DNA of 64,000 nucleotides from Histomonas meleagridis 2922-C6/04-290x (lineage: Eukaryota > Protista > Parabasalia), in assembly GCA_020184695.1 (NCBI GenBank), contig JAANOX010000003.1, forward strand, positions 62,001 to 126,000. Reading direction: 5' to 3'. The position numbers and the translations under genes are program-made. Numbering within the stretch: position 1 is the first letter of the stretch; each line of letters begins with the position of its first letter. Below are positions 1 to 9,889 of the stretch, in pieces. The notes below the pieces were generated by a model. It was not told the origin of the DNA. It saw only the letters and a list, made by a program, of their open reading frames with translations, and made no database searches.

Positions 1-2
1 GG

Positions 3-1574
3 CGATTTGGGACACCATTTGAAGAAGCAGTTCGAAAAGGAGATATGGAAATCATCAAATTGTTTGAAGAGAATTTAGGCGATGACTATGCTGATTTTTT
101 ACAGGAAGAAGACAAATGTGTCTATTATGCAGTCAAAAAAGGCGATGTTGAATTAGTGAAATATCTATTTGATAAAGGCGCCAAAATCACCAAAGTATTC
201 GACACAAATCAATCAAGTGGAGTTCGACATGATATTAGTGATGAAATATTTTCATATCCAATTGCAAATCATAATTTAGAAATGGTCAAATTACTTGTCG
301 AAAATGGTGCATTAGAAGTCGAATATAAACAACGTCCAATCGAATATGCTATTGATTCAGGGGACGTAAACATAATGAATTATTTGATCGAGAATGGCGA
401 TGACATTAAGACTGCATTTAACCATAATAATGATATAATCCAATTAGCAGCTAGCTCTGGATCATTCGAATGTTTTAAGGCAGTTTTTACTGTTTTGGAT
501 CCAATCCTTAATTCTGGAAGAAGGAAAAAGCGCTTTGGTGAAAACATGAAATTTAAAGAGAAGTTAATAATATTAGCAATCGAAAGAATGAATTCGAATT
601 GTGGTTATCGAAGATCATTTAATCGATTTAATAGGTTTCGAGGATTTCAAAACACTTCTAAAGATATCGAAGAAAATTGTGTCAAAATCATCGAATTCAT
701 AATTAACTTTTATAAATTCCCTATTAAGGATAACATCGAAATATTAGAGAACGCAATTTGTTCTGGTAGTTCAATGTTAGTTAAAATGTTTATCGATTTA
801 GGAGCTGATTTTAATATTAGAGTTCATAAAACTATTAGTCGAAAACCAAGATTCTTCGGTATGTTATATCGAAGTGATGATGAAGAAGTTGATTATCCGA
901 TTTATTTCACTATCTTCTCTAAAAATATAATTGATAGTTCAAAGGTCGATTCTGTATATGACCTATTAATTGAAAGTGGAATTGACGTTATGCATGAAAC
1001 AGATTCTTTAGGGAGAAACATTTTGATGAATATCATAAAAACAAATTATCTAAATAATAGTCGGAAAACTATCAAATATTTCGTACAAAAAGGATCTGAT
1101 TTAAATCATTGTTCATCCTTAAATGAATCTGCTTTATCAATAGCAGTCGAACTTTTTAAAGGTCGCGTCGTTTTCAATGGATTTGGGAGAAGATACGCAG
1201 ATGAGTCAACAATGTGGATGATTAAATATTTACTAAAGAATGGTGCTGACCCGAACATTGGTCTGGTCGACGAAATGCCCATTTTCTCTGTTATCGCATC
1301 AATACCGAAATCAATTTATTTGATGCAGTTGATGTTGCGTAAAGGTGTCAATCTTGATGCGTTTGATGTGCAAACAAAAGCTGACTTTATCAAGAGTAAG
1401 CACCCGCTGATTGTAGCGTTGATCGCAAATAATATGTTCGCTGTGGAAGTGATTTTGCAAAATTTAAAGGAGATTCCAAACGGTATCAAGGCGGATATAG
1501 CTGAAATGGCTTCAGCTTATAATATAAATGAAATTAATCAGGAAATTCAAAGACTTTGCTTTGATGATCAGTAA
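3..1574 (+). CDS. Ankyrin-repeat protein, 5'-partial (frame open to the window edge)
   Basis: The frame is open upstream of the called ATG at 45 (RFGTPFEEAVRKGDMEIIKL, an ankyrin motif). It has several uninterrupted ankyrin repeats (YAVKKGDVELVKYLFDKGA, PIEYAIDSGDVNIMNYLIENG, KYLLKNGADPN). The stop TAA is followed by A. Confidence 0.85.
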   Translation, partial: RFGTPFEEAVRKGDMEIIKLFEENLGDDYADFLQEEDKCVYYAVKKGDVELVKYLFDKGAKITKVFDTNQSSGVRHDISDEIFSYPIANHNLEMVKLLVENGALEVEYKQRPIEYAIDSGDVNIMNYLIENGDDIKTAFNHNNDIIQLAASSGSFECFKAVFTVLDPILNSGRRKKRFGENMKFKEKLIILAIERMNSNCGYRRSFNRFNRFRGFQNTSKDIEENCVKIIEFIINFYKFPIKDNIEILENAICSGSSMLVKMFIDLGADFNIRVHKTISRKPRFFGMLYRSDDEEVDYPIYFTIFSKNIIDSSKVDSVYDLLIESGIDVMHETDSLGRNILMNIIKTNYLNNSRKTIKYFVQKGSDLNHCSSLNESALSIAVELFKGRVVFNGFGRRYADESTMWMIKYLLKNGADPNIGLVDEMPIFSVIASIPKSIYLMQLMLRKGVNLDAFDVQTKADFIKSKHPLIVALIANNMFAVEVILQNLKEIPNGIKADIAEMASAYNINEINQEIQRLCFDDQ

Positions 1575-2099
1575 ATATATTATGAAATAAAGTGTAGTTG
1601 TTTTCTCAAAACTTTTTTTTTAAATGTTTAAACTTCACAAAGAAGTTTTGCATGAAAAGTCAGCAGCCGCTTTTGGGAATTTTTGTGTTTGTTTGGCCAT
1701 AACGTGAATTGGAAGTAAATGCGCTGAACAAAATATAAATATATTCAATGGTTCACTTTATTTTATTTTTTTTTTTTTTTTTCAGGTAACAGCTTTTAAA
1801 ATATGATACTTACTATGTTTTTATATATATCTCGATAAGATCAAATTTTGTGCCTGATAGGAATTTATTGACAACATCTATTACAGAAACTTATGTATTT
1901 TGCGTTACATTTCATTGTACTTTAATCCTTAGGAAAAATTGATAAAATATCAGGATCTGGATATCAAATATAAATGATTTACATAAAATGATTGCTTAAA
2001 GCACTTAATGGGAAATATATAATTGGGAAAAATTCAGTTATAAAATTAACATTTACTAAAACAGGTAAAATTCGTATTCAATGTGGTTGTCACTTAATG

Positions 2100-3789
2100 T
2101 GTTAAACATTTTAATTTTAATATGTTTTGTTTGAGTAACAATTTCTGTATGACCTTTTAAAGATGCCAAGTTAAGTGCTTGTTGTCAAAAATATTTTAAA
2201 TCAATTCCAAATATTATTTTAAAATATTAAATTATTAAAATAAAATCTAAATAACATTTATAAATATCTTTGGTATTAATATCTATGCTTTCTTGTTCAA
2301 GAAGTAATTTAACTATTTCTGTATAACCATTTTTTGCTGCTATAATAAGTGCTGTATAAAATCATGTGAATAAAAATCAAACAATCAAAGTAAAAATCAA
2401 AACAGTGAAATAAATTTCGAATTATAAAAACAAATATATAATTGTATAAAGAAATTTCAAATAACAAAAATGAAATTCATAACGTATAAATAAATATCAA
2501 AATATAAAAAGAAAAATCATAATGTTTAAATAAATATCGAAAGATAAAACAAAAATTCAAATCATTAATGTGGGTGTCAAAAAGTTAGATAATATTTTAT
2601 ATCATCAAAACAAACATAAAACATTAAGAAAAAATTTCATATTATTTAAATAAATCTTATAATAGCAAAACAAACATATAATGTTTATAACAAATATGAG
2701 GTTTTATAAATGAATATATTTTACGTTTACATCAATTCCTTTTTGATTTAAAAGCAATTTCACTATTTCTATTTTCTTATTTAGAATTGCTAAATGAAGT
2801 GCTGTTCCAAATTATTTAAATGAATTCTAACATAATAAAATAAACATAAAATTATATAAAGAAATTCCAAATTTTTAAATTGAACTTCAATTATAAAAAA
2901 CGAATTAGAAACTATTAAAACATATATAAAATTACCAAAACCAATTTCAAATTGTTGATATTAATATAAAATTAATCAAATAAATCTCAAAATATTCCGC
3001 GTTAACATCAATATCGTTTTGATCTAAAAGTAATTTTACTATTTCTATGTTATTTTTTTTAACTGCTATATGAAGTGCTGTTCCAAAACATTAAAAGAAA
3101 CATAAAATTATTATAACAAATTTGAAATCATTTCAATAAATATCAAAACTTTTAAGTGAATATAAAATTTTTTAAAGAAATTTCAAATTATTTTAACATA
3201 TTATAAATCATTAACACAAATATCAAATTCTCAAAACAAATATGAAAATTTGAAACCAACCATCAAATAATAAAAAATCAATTCTAAAACAATAAAACGA
3301 ATATTAAATCTTAACAATAAACATAGAATTATTATAATAAATTTCAAACTATAAAAACAAATTGTAAATGATTAAAATAAAGTAAAAATTATTAAAGCAA
3401 ATTATAAATTAATAAAACAAATTTCTAAAGACCAACAAAAACATCAAATCACTATTATAAATATAATTGATATTGACATCGATTCCTTTTTGTTCTAAAA
3501 GTAATTTTACAATTTTTATGTTATTAATATCAACAGCATAATGAAGAGCTGTTCCAAATTAAAGAAATAAACACAAACCCCAAAAAACAAACATAAAATT
3601 ACAGAAACGAATCCGAAAACATTAAAATAAACAGTAACCTATCAAAATAGACATCAAAACAATAAAACGAATACAAAATAAATAAAACAAATACTAAATG
3701 AATTAAATAAATTTTATGTTCTTAAAACAAATATAAAATTATTAAAACAAACTTCAATACATATTAAAAAACCTTAAATTATTAAATTT
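2100..3789 (-). other. Ankyrin cassette array A: 5 isolated ankyrin cores downstream of the DUF3447 ORF, separated by long AT-rich spacers
   Basis: Minus-strand Thr codons of the TAL motif lie at 3552 (TALHYAVDINNIKIVKLLLEQKGIDVNINYI), 3081 (TALHIAVKKNNIEIVKLLLDQNDIDVNAEYF), 2805 (TALHLAILNKKIEIVKLLLNQKGIDVNVKYI), 2355 (TALIIAAKNGYTEIVKLLLEQESIDINTKDI) and 2185 (degenerate). Spacers contain stops. Confidence 0.85.
3091..3430. repeat. Degenerate 20-nt minisatellite (plus-strand consensus about TTAAAACAAATATNAAATTA), about 17 copies, forming an ankyrin spacer
   Basis: Successive 20-mers stay in register: ttaaaagaaacataaaatta / ttataacaaatttgaaatca / tttcaataaatatcaaaact / tttaaagaaatttcaaatta / tcaaaacaaatatgaaaatt. 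Similar repeats fill about 2365-2710, 2820-2985 and 3560-3785. Confidence 0.7.
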
Positions 3790-5037
3790 AATATATTTTT
3801 GGTTTATATTAATTTGATCGTTTTCTAAAATGTATTTCACAAGTTCATAGTTTTCTGATTTTAAAGAACAGTAAAAAATATCTGTAGGAGTTTCATTGTT
3901 CTTAAGGAAATATTTAACAAGATATAAATTTCCTCTACTTGTTGCATTCATTATAAAATTATCACCAATTTTCATCCTTTTTTCAAATAAATAAGACAAA
4001 ATTTCATAATTTTCATTTTGGATACAGATATATCCTAAATCACTAATATCTTTTTGTTTTCCATAATAAAAATCTAGTAAATGTTGTTGATTATTTTCAG
4101 TTAATTTTTCTAATTTATTTTCATAAATATATTTAAAGATATTATTTTGATGGAATTTAATTGCTGTTTCATATGCATCTTTAAATGTTGAATGATTTTG
4201 TTCACACAAATGAATGATTTCTTCATTTCCGCCTGAAACTGCATATTTACCTGTGTTTTTTACATTTGCTCCATTCATAAGTAAATATTTAAAACATTTA
4301 ACTGATCCAAAAAATGCTGCATAGTCAATTAATGAAACATTTTTTTGGTTAACAAATGAACATCTTTCGTAAAGTGATGGTTCAATTGTTTGATTATAAT
4401 CAAAATTATTTTGTGATGATATTTCTTGAAGTTTTTCGATTTCATCATTTCGAATTATTTTTGTAATTTCACTTGGATTATGTCCTTCTTCAATATATTT
4501 TTTATGACGTTCAAAATCATTTTTTGATAGTTCTGAATAATGTAATATAAAGGCATTCTCAATGGGATCAATACAATTTCTTCTTTTGTTTTCTTCTTCT
4601 GTTTTATAATGTGCAAAATATTTTGTTTGAAGATTTTTGGTAATATTTGGATCAATTAAATTTCGTTCAATTAGTTGTTCTATAAAATAATATGCTTCTT
4701 GTGATTGATTTTTAATTATTTTATTAATAAAAATATCAATGATTTTGGGAATACCAATGTTTATTTCTTCTTCTTTTCTTTGAATTGATTCTAAATAGTT
4801 AAAGCATTCATCACATGAAATTTTGAATGAGGAAAATGCACTGAAAATTAAATTACTTAAAACAACATTAAATGAATATGGAAAGTTTAAATCAAATAAT
4901 TTCATTGTTTGTTCAACTGATAAATCAAAATTTTCTCTAGTAGTTATAAACACGACATGTTCGATAGTAGAAAGGTATTTACATGGATTTTTAAAACATT
5001 CTTTCGAAATATTTTCATTGCTTGTATCAGTGTACAT
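3754..5037 (-). CDS. DUF3447-type ankyrin-repeat protein, N-terminal ORF (continues into cassette array A)
   Basis: Contains LIDYAAFFGSVKCFKYLL...YAVSGGNEEIIHLCEQ...AIKFHQNNIFKY, typical of trichomonad DUF3447/ankyrin proteins. It ends in an ankyrin core (ELVKYILENDQININQKYI) and then runs into spacer. Confidence 0.85.
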   Translation of the reverse strand: MYTDTSNENISKECFKNPCKYLSTIEHVVFITTRENFDLSVEQTMKLFDLNFPYSFNVVLSNLIFSAFSSFKISCDECFNYLESIQRKEEEINIGIPKIIDIFINKIIKNQSQEAYYFIEQLIERNLIDPNITKNLQTKYFAHYKTEEENKRRNCIDPIENAFILHYSELSKNDFERHKKYIEEGHNPSEITKIIRNDEIEKLQEISSQNNFDYNQTIEPSLYERCSFVNQKNVSLIDYAAFFGSVKCFKYLLMNGANVKNTGKYAVSGGNEEIIHLCEQNHSTFKDAYETAIKFHQNNIFKYIYENKLEKLTENNQQHLLDFYYGKQKDISDLGYICIQNENYEILSYLFEKRMKIGDNFIMNATSRGNLYLVKYFLKNNETPTDIFYCSLKSENYELVKYILENDQININQKYIKFNNLRFFNMY

Positions 5038-5364
5038 TAGTGATACTTTTATTTACAAGCGAAGAAGAATGTAAAAGTGCTTTCATTAATAACCTTTTGT
5101 TACAATGATGGAATTATGCCAAACGAAACTCATGAAAAGAAATTATTCTTTCTTATTAACATTAAAATCTTTTACAATATATTAAGATATTTATTTATTA
5201 AATAAAATGATTTCTTTTTTGAAATGAAATAATAAATTAAAATATAGGTTAAAATAATAACACGCAAAATTTTCCGCTGGAAATTGGGATGCTTAGTAGA
5301 TACTTATCATTGAATGTCTTTTTGTTGAAACATAATATTATGTAACATGAAACGAAGAATTTAA

Positions 5365-5577
5365 TTAACTGTTAATTGGATTAATGTTTGTTTCACTGTG
5401 TGGCTCTATAGACATTTCATGAAAGTCCGGAACATTTAATATTTTATTTTGTATTTTAGCAATTAAAAGCTCAAAATCTCCAGCTGCAATTCTTACTTTG
5501 ATTTGGTCGTTCTTGCATTGTGAGACAATTTTCTTTATAAGGTTATCAACTTTCTCAATCTGTTCACCAACATCCAT
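5365..5577 (-). CDS. Small hypothetical protein (70 aa)
   Basis: ATG start, protein-like composition with a helical N-terminus, not antisense to another gene, and a dyad motif just upstream. Confidence 0.45.
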   Translation of the reverse strand: MDVGEQIEKVDNLIKKIVSQCKNDQIKVRIAAGDFELLIAKIQNKILNVPDFHEMSIEPHSETNINPINS

Positions 5578-5586
5578 GTTCCAAAA

Positions 5587-5620
5587 TTTAACGTCTCACA
5601 ACCGAAAAGTGACGTTTGGA
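5587..5620. promoter_or_regulatory. Dyad element AACGTC-N15-GACGTT with central CAACCG (copy 1)
   Basis: The inverted hexamers at 5590-5595 and 5611-5616 lie about 10-40 nt upstream of the minus-strand ATG at 5577. A near-identical copy is at 6449-6483. Confidence 0.4.
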
Positions 5621-6448
5621 TGACGTTAAGGGTGCAGTCCGACCATATATAAACTCAATATAAAATAGAAATATCTCGAAAATAAATTAATAATTTTCAA
5701 TATAATTCTAAAAAAATATTTTACTCAAATTATATTTTGATATTACAGATTATAATGTTACAGAAGATTGAGAATATTGAATGCGAAAGGTATTTTTTAC
5801 CCATTTTTTCTTGAAAATGCTCTGATTTGAATGACTCCTGAATCCCTCTCAACCATTTTTTCCATGCAAAATATTAATATCCATTTTTATATGTATATTC
5901 ATGATATATTTTTATATTACATTTTCATTATGTTGCAAGTATATTATTATTTATAATTTATGTTAATTTATATTCAAAATATAATGATTTGTGACGAGGT
6001 GATTTCACTACACTTTTTTAGAATGCGAATATTTCGAATTTTTTTTTAAAAAATAAATTTGGTTCATTTTTGCATTTTATGTAAATACAATTCTTTATGA
6101 TTCAAAACATTTATGTTACAATCCACGATGTTATTTCCACTTTTCGAAAATTAGATGATGAGGAAGAACAAGAAAATAAATAAAGCAAAAAGGCGATAAA
6201 AACTGTACAAGTTGACTTCGAAAAAAATAGATAACTAATTTATTAGCACAACATGCATGATTCGATCAGATAATTAAAAATAAATTTTACTTTTTTATAG
6301 CCATATATATTAATAAAATAATTATGATATTTCTATTGAGTTATGTAAAAATATATTATGATATTTTCGAGATATTTTCATTCTATGCAAAAATACTTTC
6401 AATACATATCTGGTCTGCCCACATCCAAATTGAGGGCACTTTTGTGTG

Positions 6449-6483
6449 TTTAACGTCCTCCAACCGTAAGGTGACGTTTCGGA
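6449..6483. promoter_or_regulatory. Dyad element AACGTC-N15-GACGTT with central CAACCG (copy 2)
   Basis: The inverted hexamers at 6452-6457 and 6473-6478 lie about 40-65 nt upstream of the ATG at 6518. Confidence 0.4.
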
Positions 6484-6517
6484 ATTCAACGTAACCATTT
6501 TTATATCTGTCCACTAA

Positions 6518-9106
6518 ATGATCTCCAATGGTGCAATAGACTTTATACAATGCATAAAAAAGATAATATTTGCCACACCACAAACAGAAGAAGAAGCATA
6601 TAATATTAACAATGCTTTGAATGCCATTACATCTGATCCAAATTCATTCAATTATTTTTTTGAGATCATAACATCCAACCCAGTGAGTCCAGAAATAACA
6701 GAAATAATATCACAATATGGTCGTGCTATATTTTCACATTTGGTCAAAAAAATCCCATATTTGGACCCAAATGTCAAACTTGCTTTTGGCCAAAATATCT
6801 TGAATGTAATGATAGCTATATATAAATCTTTTCCTGATCTAACTATGCAATGTTTAAGTGGGTTTAAATTTTTATGCGATTTTCCAAGAATAAATGTCTC
6901 AAATATTGGAATGCTTGGCATATCCAAAATACAAAATCCCACAACAGATGAAGAATTTTTTATTGGTCTCAAACTTTATAAGTATGCAATTATGAAAAAT
7001 TATAATACCAAATTTTTAATGGAATTAGAGCCCCAACAGTTTTATGAAATTAAATCATTATTCCAACCATATTTCGATAAAATACTTGATCCAAATTTTT
7101 TTGTTAAATGTCGATATATCTTCAAATTCTTTTATAACATACGATTTAACATATCCAAATTTATATTTTTTGATGGCACAGACAAACCAATTGTAATGTG
7201 GTTAGTTGAATTATTTCAACTTTTTTTAAGTTTTGATTGTCCAATTAAGGATGATGATTTCTTATTACTTGTTCAATCTGCGTTTAAACTATTTCATATT
7301 ATCTTACAAAATGAACATAACAAACCCTTTTTTGAAGAAAAGCAAATTATGAAAATGTGTTCACCAATTGTATATCAAATGTTATTACGTGCGCCAATGT
7401 TATGTAATCCGAATGTAACATATTTTGATGTATGTGGGACATCTATAAATGTCATAAATATTATTGCAGATCAACAATTTTGTTATGAACATATTAAAGA
7501 ATTACTTTTAATGTGTTTATATTATGTACAAATTGATCCAAAAGATGAAGAAGAATTTAAAGTTAACCCTCAAAAAAATATCGAAATAGCATATATCGAA
7601 CATAAGTATACTAATAGTTATGCTCGAACTACAACAATTGCATTTTTCGAAAAAATAATAAGATTTTTCGAAAATGATATTTTTCGGTTTTTAAATATCT
7701 TTTTCGACTTTTGCAAAGACAAAATTTCAGAAGGATTTTATCGTTTGCTCATTTGTGTATTAAAATTTGTTTCAACAATTTTTAATCAATTAACAGGTGA
7801 CACGAAAACATTTCTTCACGAAACATTACTTTTTTTGTTTTCAAATGACAGTTCTTCAATTCTAACCAAATATTTAGCGTTTTCTTATGGAAGTTACTTT
7901 TTAACAGATGAAATAAGATGTTATTTAGTTAATATCGCAATGGATTTAGCAAATTTGGATATGTTTGTGTATACTTTATATTGTCAAATCCTTAAACATA
8001 TATTTAATGTAAAAGGTCAAACGAAGTTTTTATCAGATGAAAATATTTTACAATTGTTCGAAAATCATAACAAATGTTTAACTGATGCGTTTACAAAAGT
8101 TTACGTGAAAATATTTTCCGAAGCTCCACAAAGACTTCAAGCAATTAATTTTCGTGTATTAAACAATGCTTTAAACGAATGGGAAGCATTATTAAATACA
8201 CCCGAAATAAATCAAGCTTCTTATTCGAATCTAAATTTCGACCAAAAAGTTTGGGCATATTGTAAATTGTTCTCACAACAAGCTTTAATTGATGGAATTG
8301 TTTTCCCTTTTAAACAATTATCGATTTTAATTTATAACTCTTTGGTCAATTTATCATTAACTCAAGCTATTGGAGACTTCATGACGATAATAACAAGCTC
8401 GTTCAAAGTAAAGGTGTTTAAGGAAGGAATTAACTTTTTCTTTGAATTGATATATAAACTTTTGTTAAAATTAGATAATTGTTATTATGAAGATATAGTG
8501 ACGCCACTTTTTGCTTTATTTCAGAATCATTTGAATGATTTACCTCACCTCCACCTCATCAATGAAATAATTCAATTTCTTATTGGCTTGATTACACCGC
8601 AAAGTCAAAAGCTTTTTACTGAGGATTATTTGGTGATTGTTCGCTTACTTTGTAGGTTTTTCCAAGCTGGTTTTAATATTAATATGGAGCTGATTACCAA
8701 CTCATTAAATCAACTTAAGGAAATTGATCAATATATTTATTTGATGTTATTAATTGAAGTTAATTGTTCAAAAATGCTTAGGAATAACGAACCAATTGTT
8801 CTTCCATTAGATTATCTGCGTGATTGGGCTAAATTATGCCTAAGTGGTTTCATGATTAACGAATATTATCGAAGAATTTCAATATTCGGTTTGAGTTTTT
8901 ATATAAATAACTCGCAGCAAATAGGAATTAATTTACAAGAAGTGATAAACAATTTGATTTTGAATACGTTTGAATATAACAAAGAATTTTTAAATGGAAA
9001 ATATGTGAGATATATCGACGATGATTATATTTCCCCTTTCGAAATCCTAGCGCCTGAGCCAGAGGGCTTCGTGCACGAAAATATTGACGAATTAGAAAAT
9101 GTATGA
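6518..9106 (+). CDS. Divergent importin-beta/karyopherin family HEAT-repeat protein (importin-7/8/Cse1-like)
   Basis: 862-aa helical ORF with an IBN_N-like N-terminus. The segment DPKDEEEFKVNPQKNIEIAY...YARTTTIAFF resembles the 'E.W..DP.EY...SPR.AA' motif of importin-7-like proteins. Confidence 0.55.
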   Translation: MISNGAIDFIQCIKKIIFATPQTEEEAYNINNALNAITSDPNSFNYFFEIITSNPVSPEITEIISQYGRAIFSHLVKKIPYLDPNVKLAFGQNILNVMIAIYKSFPDLTMQCLSGFKFLCDFPRINVSNIGMLGISKIQNPTTDEEFFIGLKLYKYAIMKNYNTKFLMELEPQQFYEIKSLFQPYFDKILDPNFFVKCRYIFKFFYNIRFNISKFIFFDGTDKPIVMWLVELFQLFLSFDCPIKDDDFLLLVQSAFKLFHIILQNEHNKPFFEEKQIMKMCSPIVYQMLLRAPMLCNPNVTYFDVCGTSINVINIIADQQFCYEHIKELLLMCLYYVQIDPKDEEEFKVNPQKNIEIAYIEHKYTNSYARTTTIAFFEKIIRFFENDIFRFLNIFFDFCKDKISEGFYRLLICVLKFVSTIFNQLTGDTKTFLHETLLFLFSNDSSSILTKYLAFSYGSYFLTDEIRCYLVNIAMDLANLDMFVYTLYCQILKHIFNVKGQTKFLSDENILQLFENHNKCLTDAFTKVYVKIFSEAPQRLQAINFRVLNNALNEWEALLNTPEINQASYSNLNFDQKVWAYCKLFSQQALIDGIVFPFKQLSILIYNSLVNLSLTQAIGDFMTIITSSFKVKVFKEGINFFFELIYKLLLKLDNCYYEDIVTPLFALFQNHLNDLPHLHLINEIIQFLIGLITPQSQKLFTEDYLVIVRLLCRFFQAGFNINMELITNSLNQLKEIDQYIYLMLLIEVNCSKMLRNNEPIVLPLDYLRDWAKLCLSGFMINEYYRRISIFGLSFYINNSQQIGINLQEVINNLILNTFEYNKEFLNGKYVRYIDDDYISPFEILAPEPEGFVHENIDELENV

Positions 9107-9889
9107 AATAAAAACTTTGCAATTTTAAATTTTTTGTACTTCAAATGAAATTTGTCTATTAGTAGACACTGCCTTTCTATTTTTGTCTTAACAAACTAAA
9201 AAAAAAATACTTTATCAATGATAACATCTTTGCTAGATAAAGTGGTTTACCATCAAATGAGATTCAAACACGCTTTTCAGGTGTTGTTCAAAATATTTTT
9301 CCAATATCACCTGATATATTTAAGAGTATAATCCCTTCATCTTTTGTGATTTTTCTGAAACTTTATCAAATAAAATATTGGTATTAATATTTTTTTTTGA
9401 AAGAAAAATAAAATTGTTTTTCATAAAATTGAAAAAAAATTCAAACAAGTCTTAAAGAAAAATAAACACCTTTTGGTTGTGATTTTAAATAGATCATGCT
9501 TCATGTTTTTGGTGATCAATATATTTTTAAAAAAATTTTACTTATGATTAATCAACTCATATGATGTCAACGTCGATCACACATTCCCTTAAACGGTGAG
9601 AAGGAATTTTTCATTAATGAAGTTCAAATTTGTGTATCACAACCATTCCGGTGAAATCCTCCGCTCATGTTTTGAATCACTTTTTTTTGTGTGTAAAAAT
9701 CCGACAGAGCTTTTTAACAGGTTTATAGATAATTCGAGCGAAAATGGCCGAGTACGATATAAAATGTGTTCAATTTCCCAGGTTTTTGAGGTACCCTATG
9801 TAACCGAAAAAAATTTGGACCCGATTCGAAATTGAGAGGGATCGCTTCAAAAAGCCTGACCCAAAAAATGACTTCATTTTTTACAAGAT

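Noticed and set aside
6383-6583. 66-aa minus-strand ORF
   Set aside because: It overlaps the start and promoter of the importin-like gene and has no recognisable motif.
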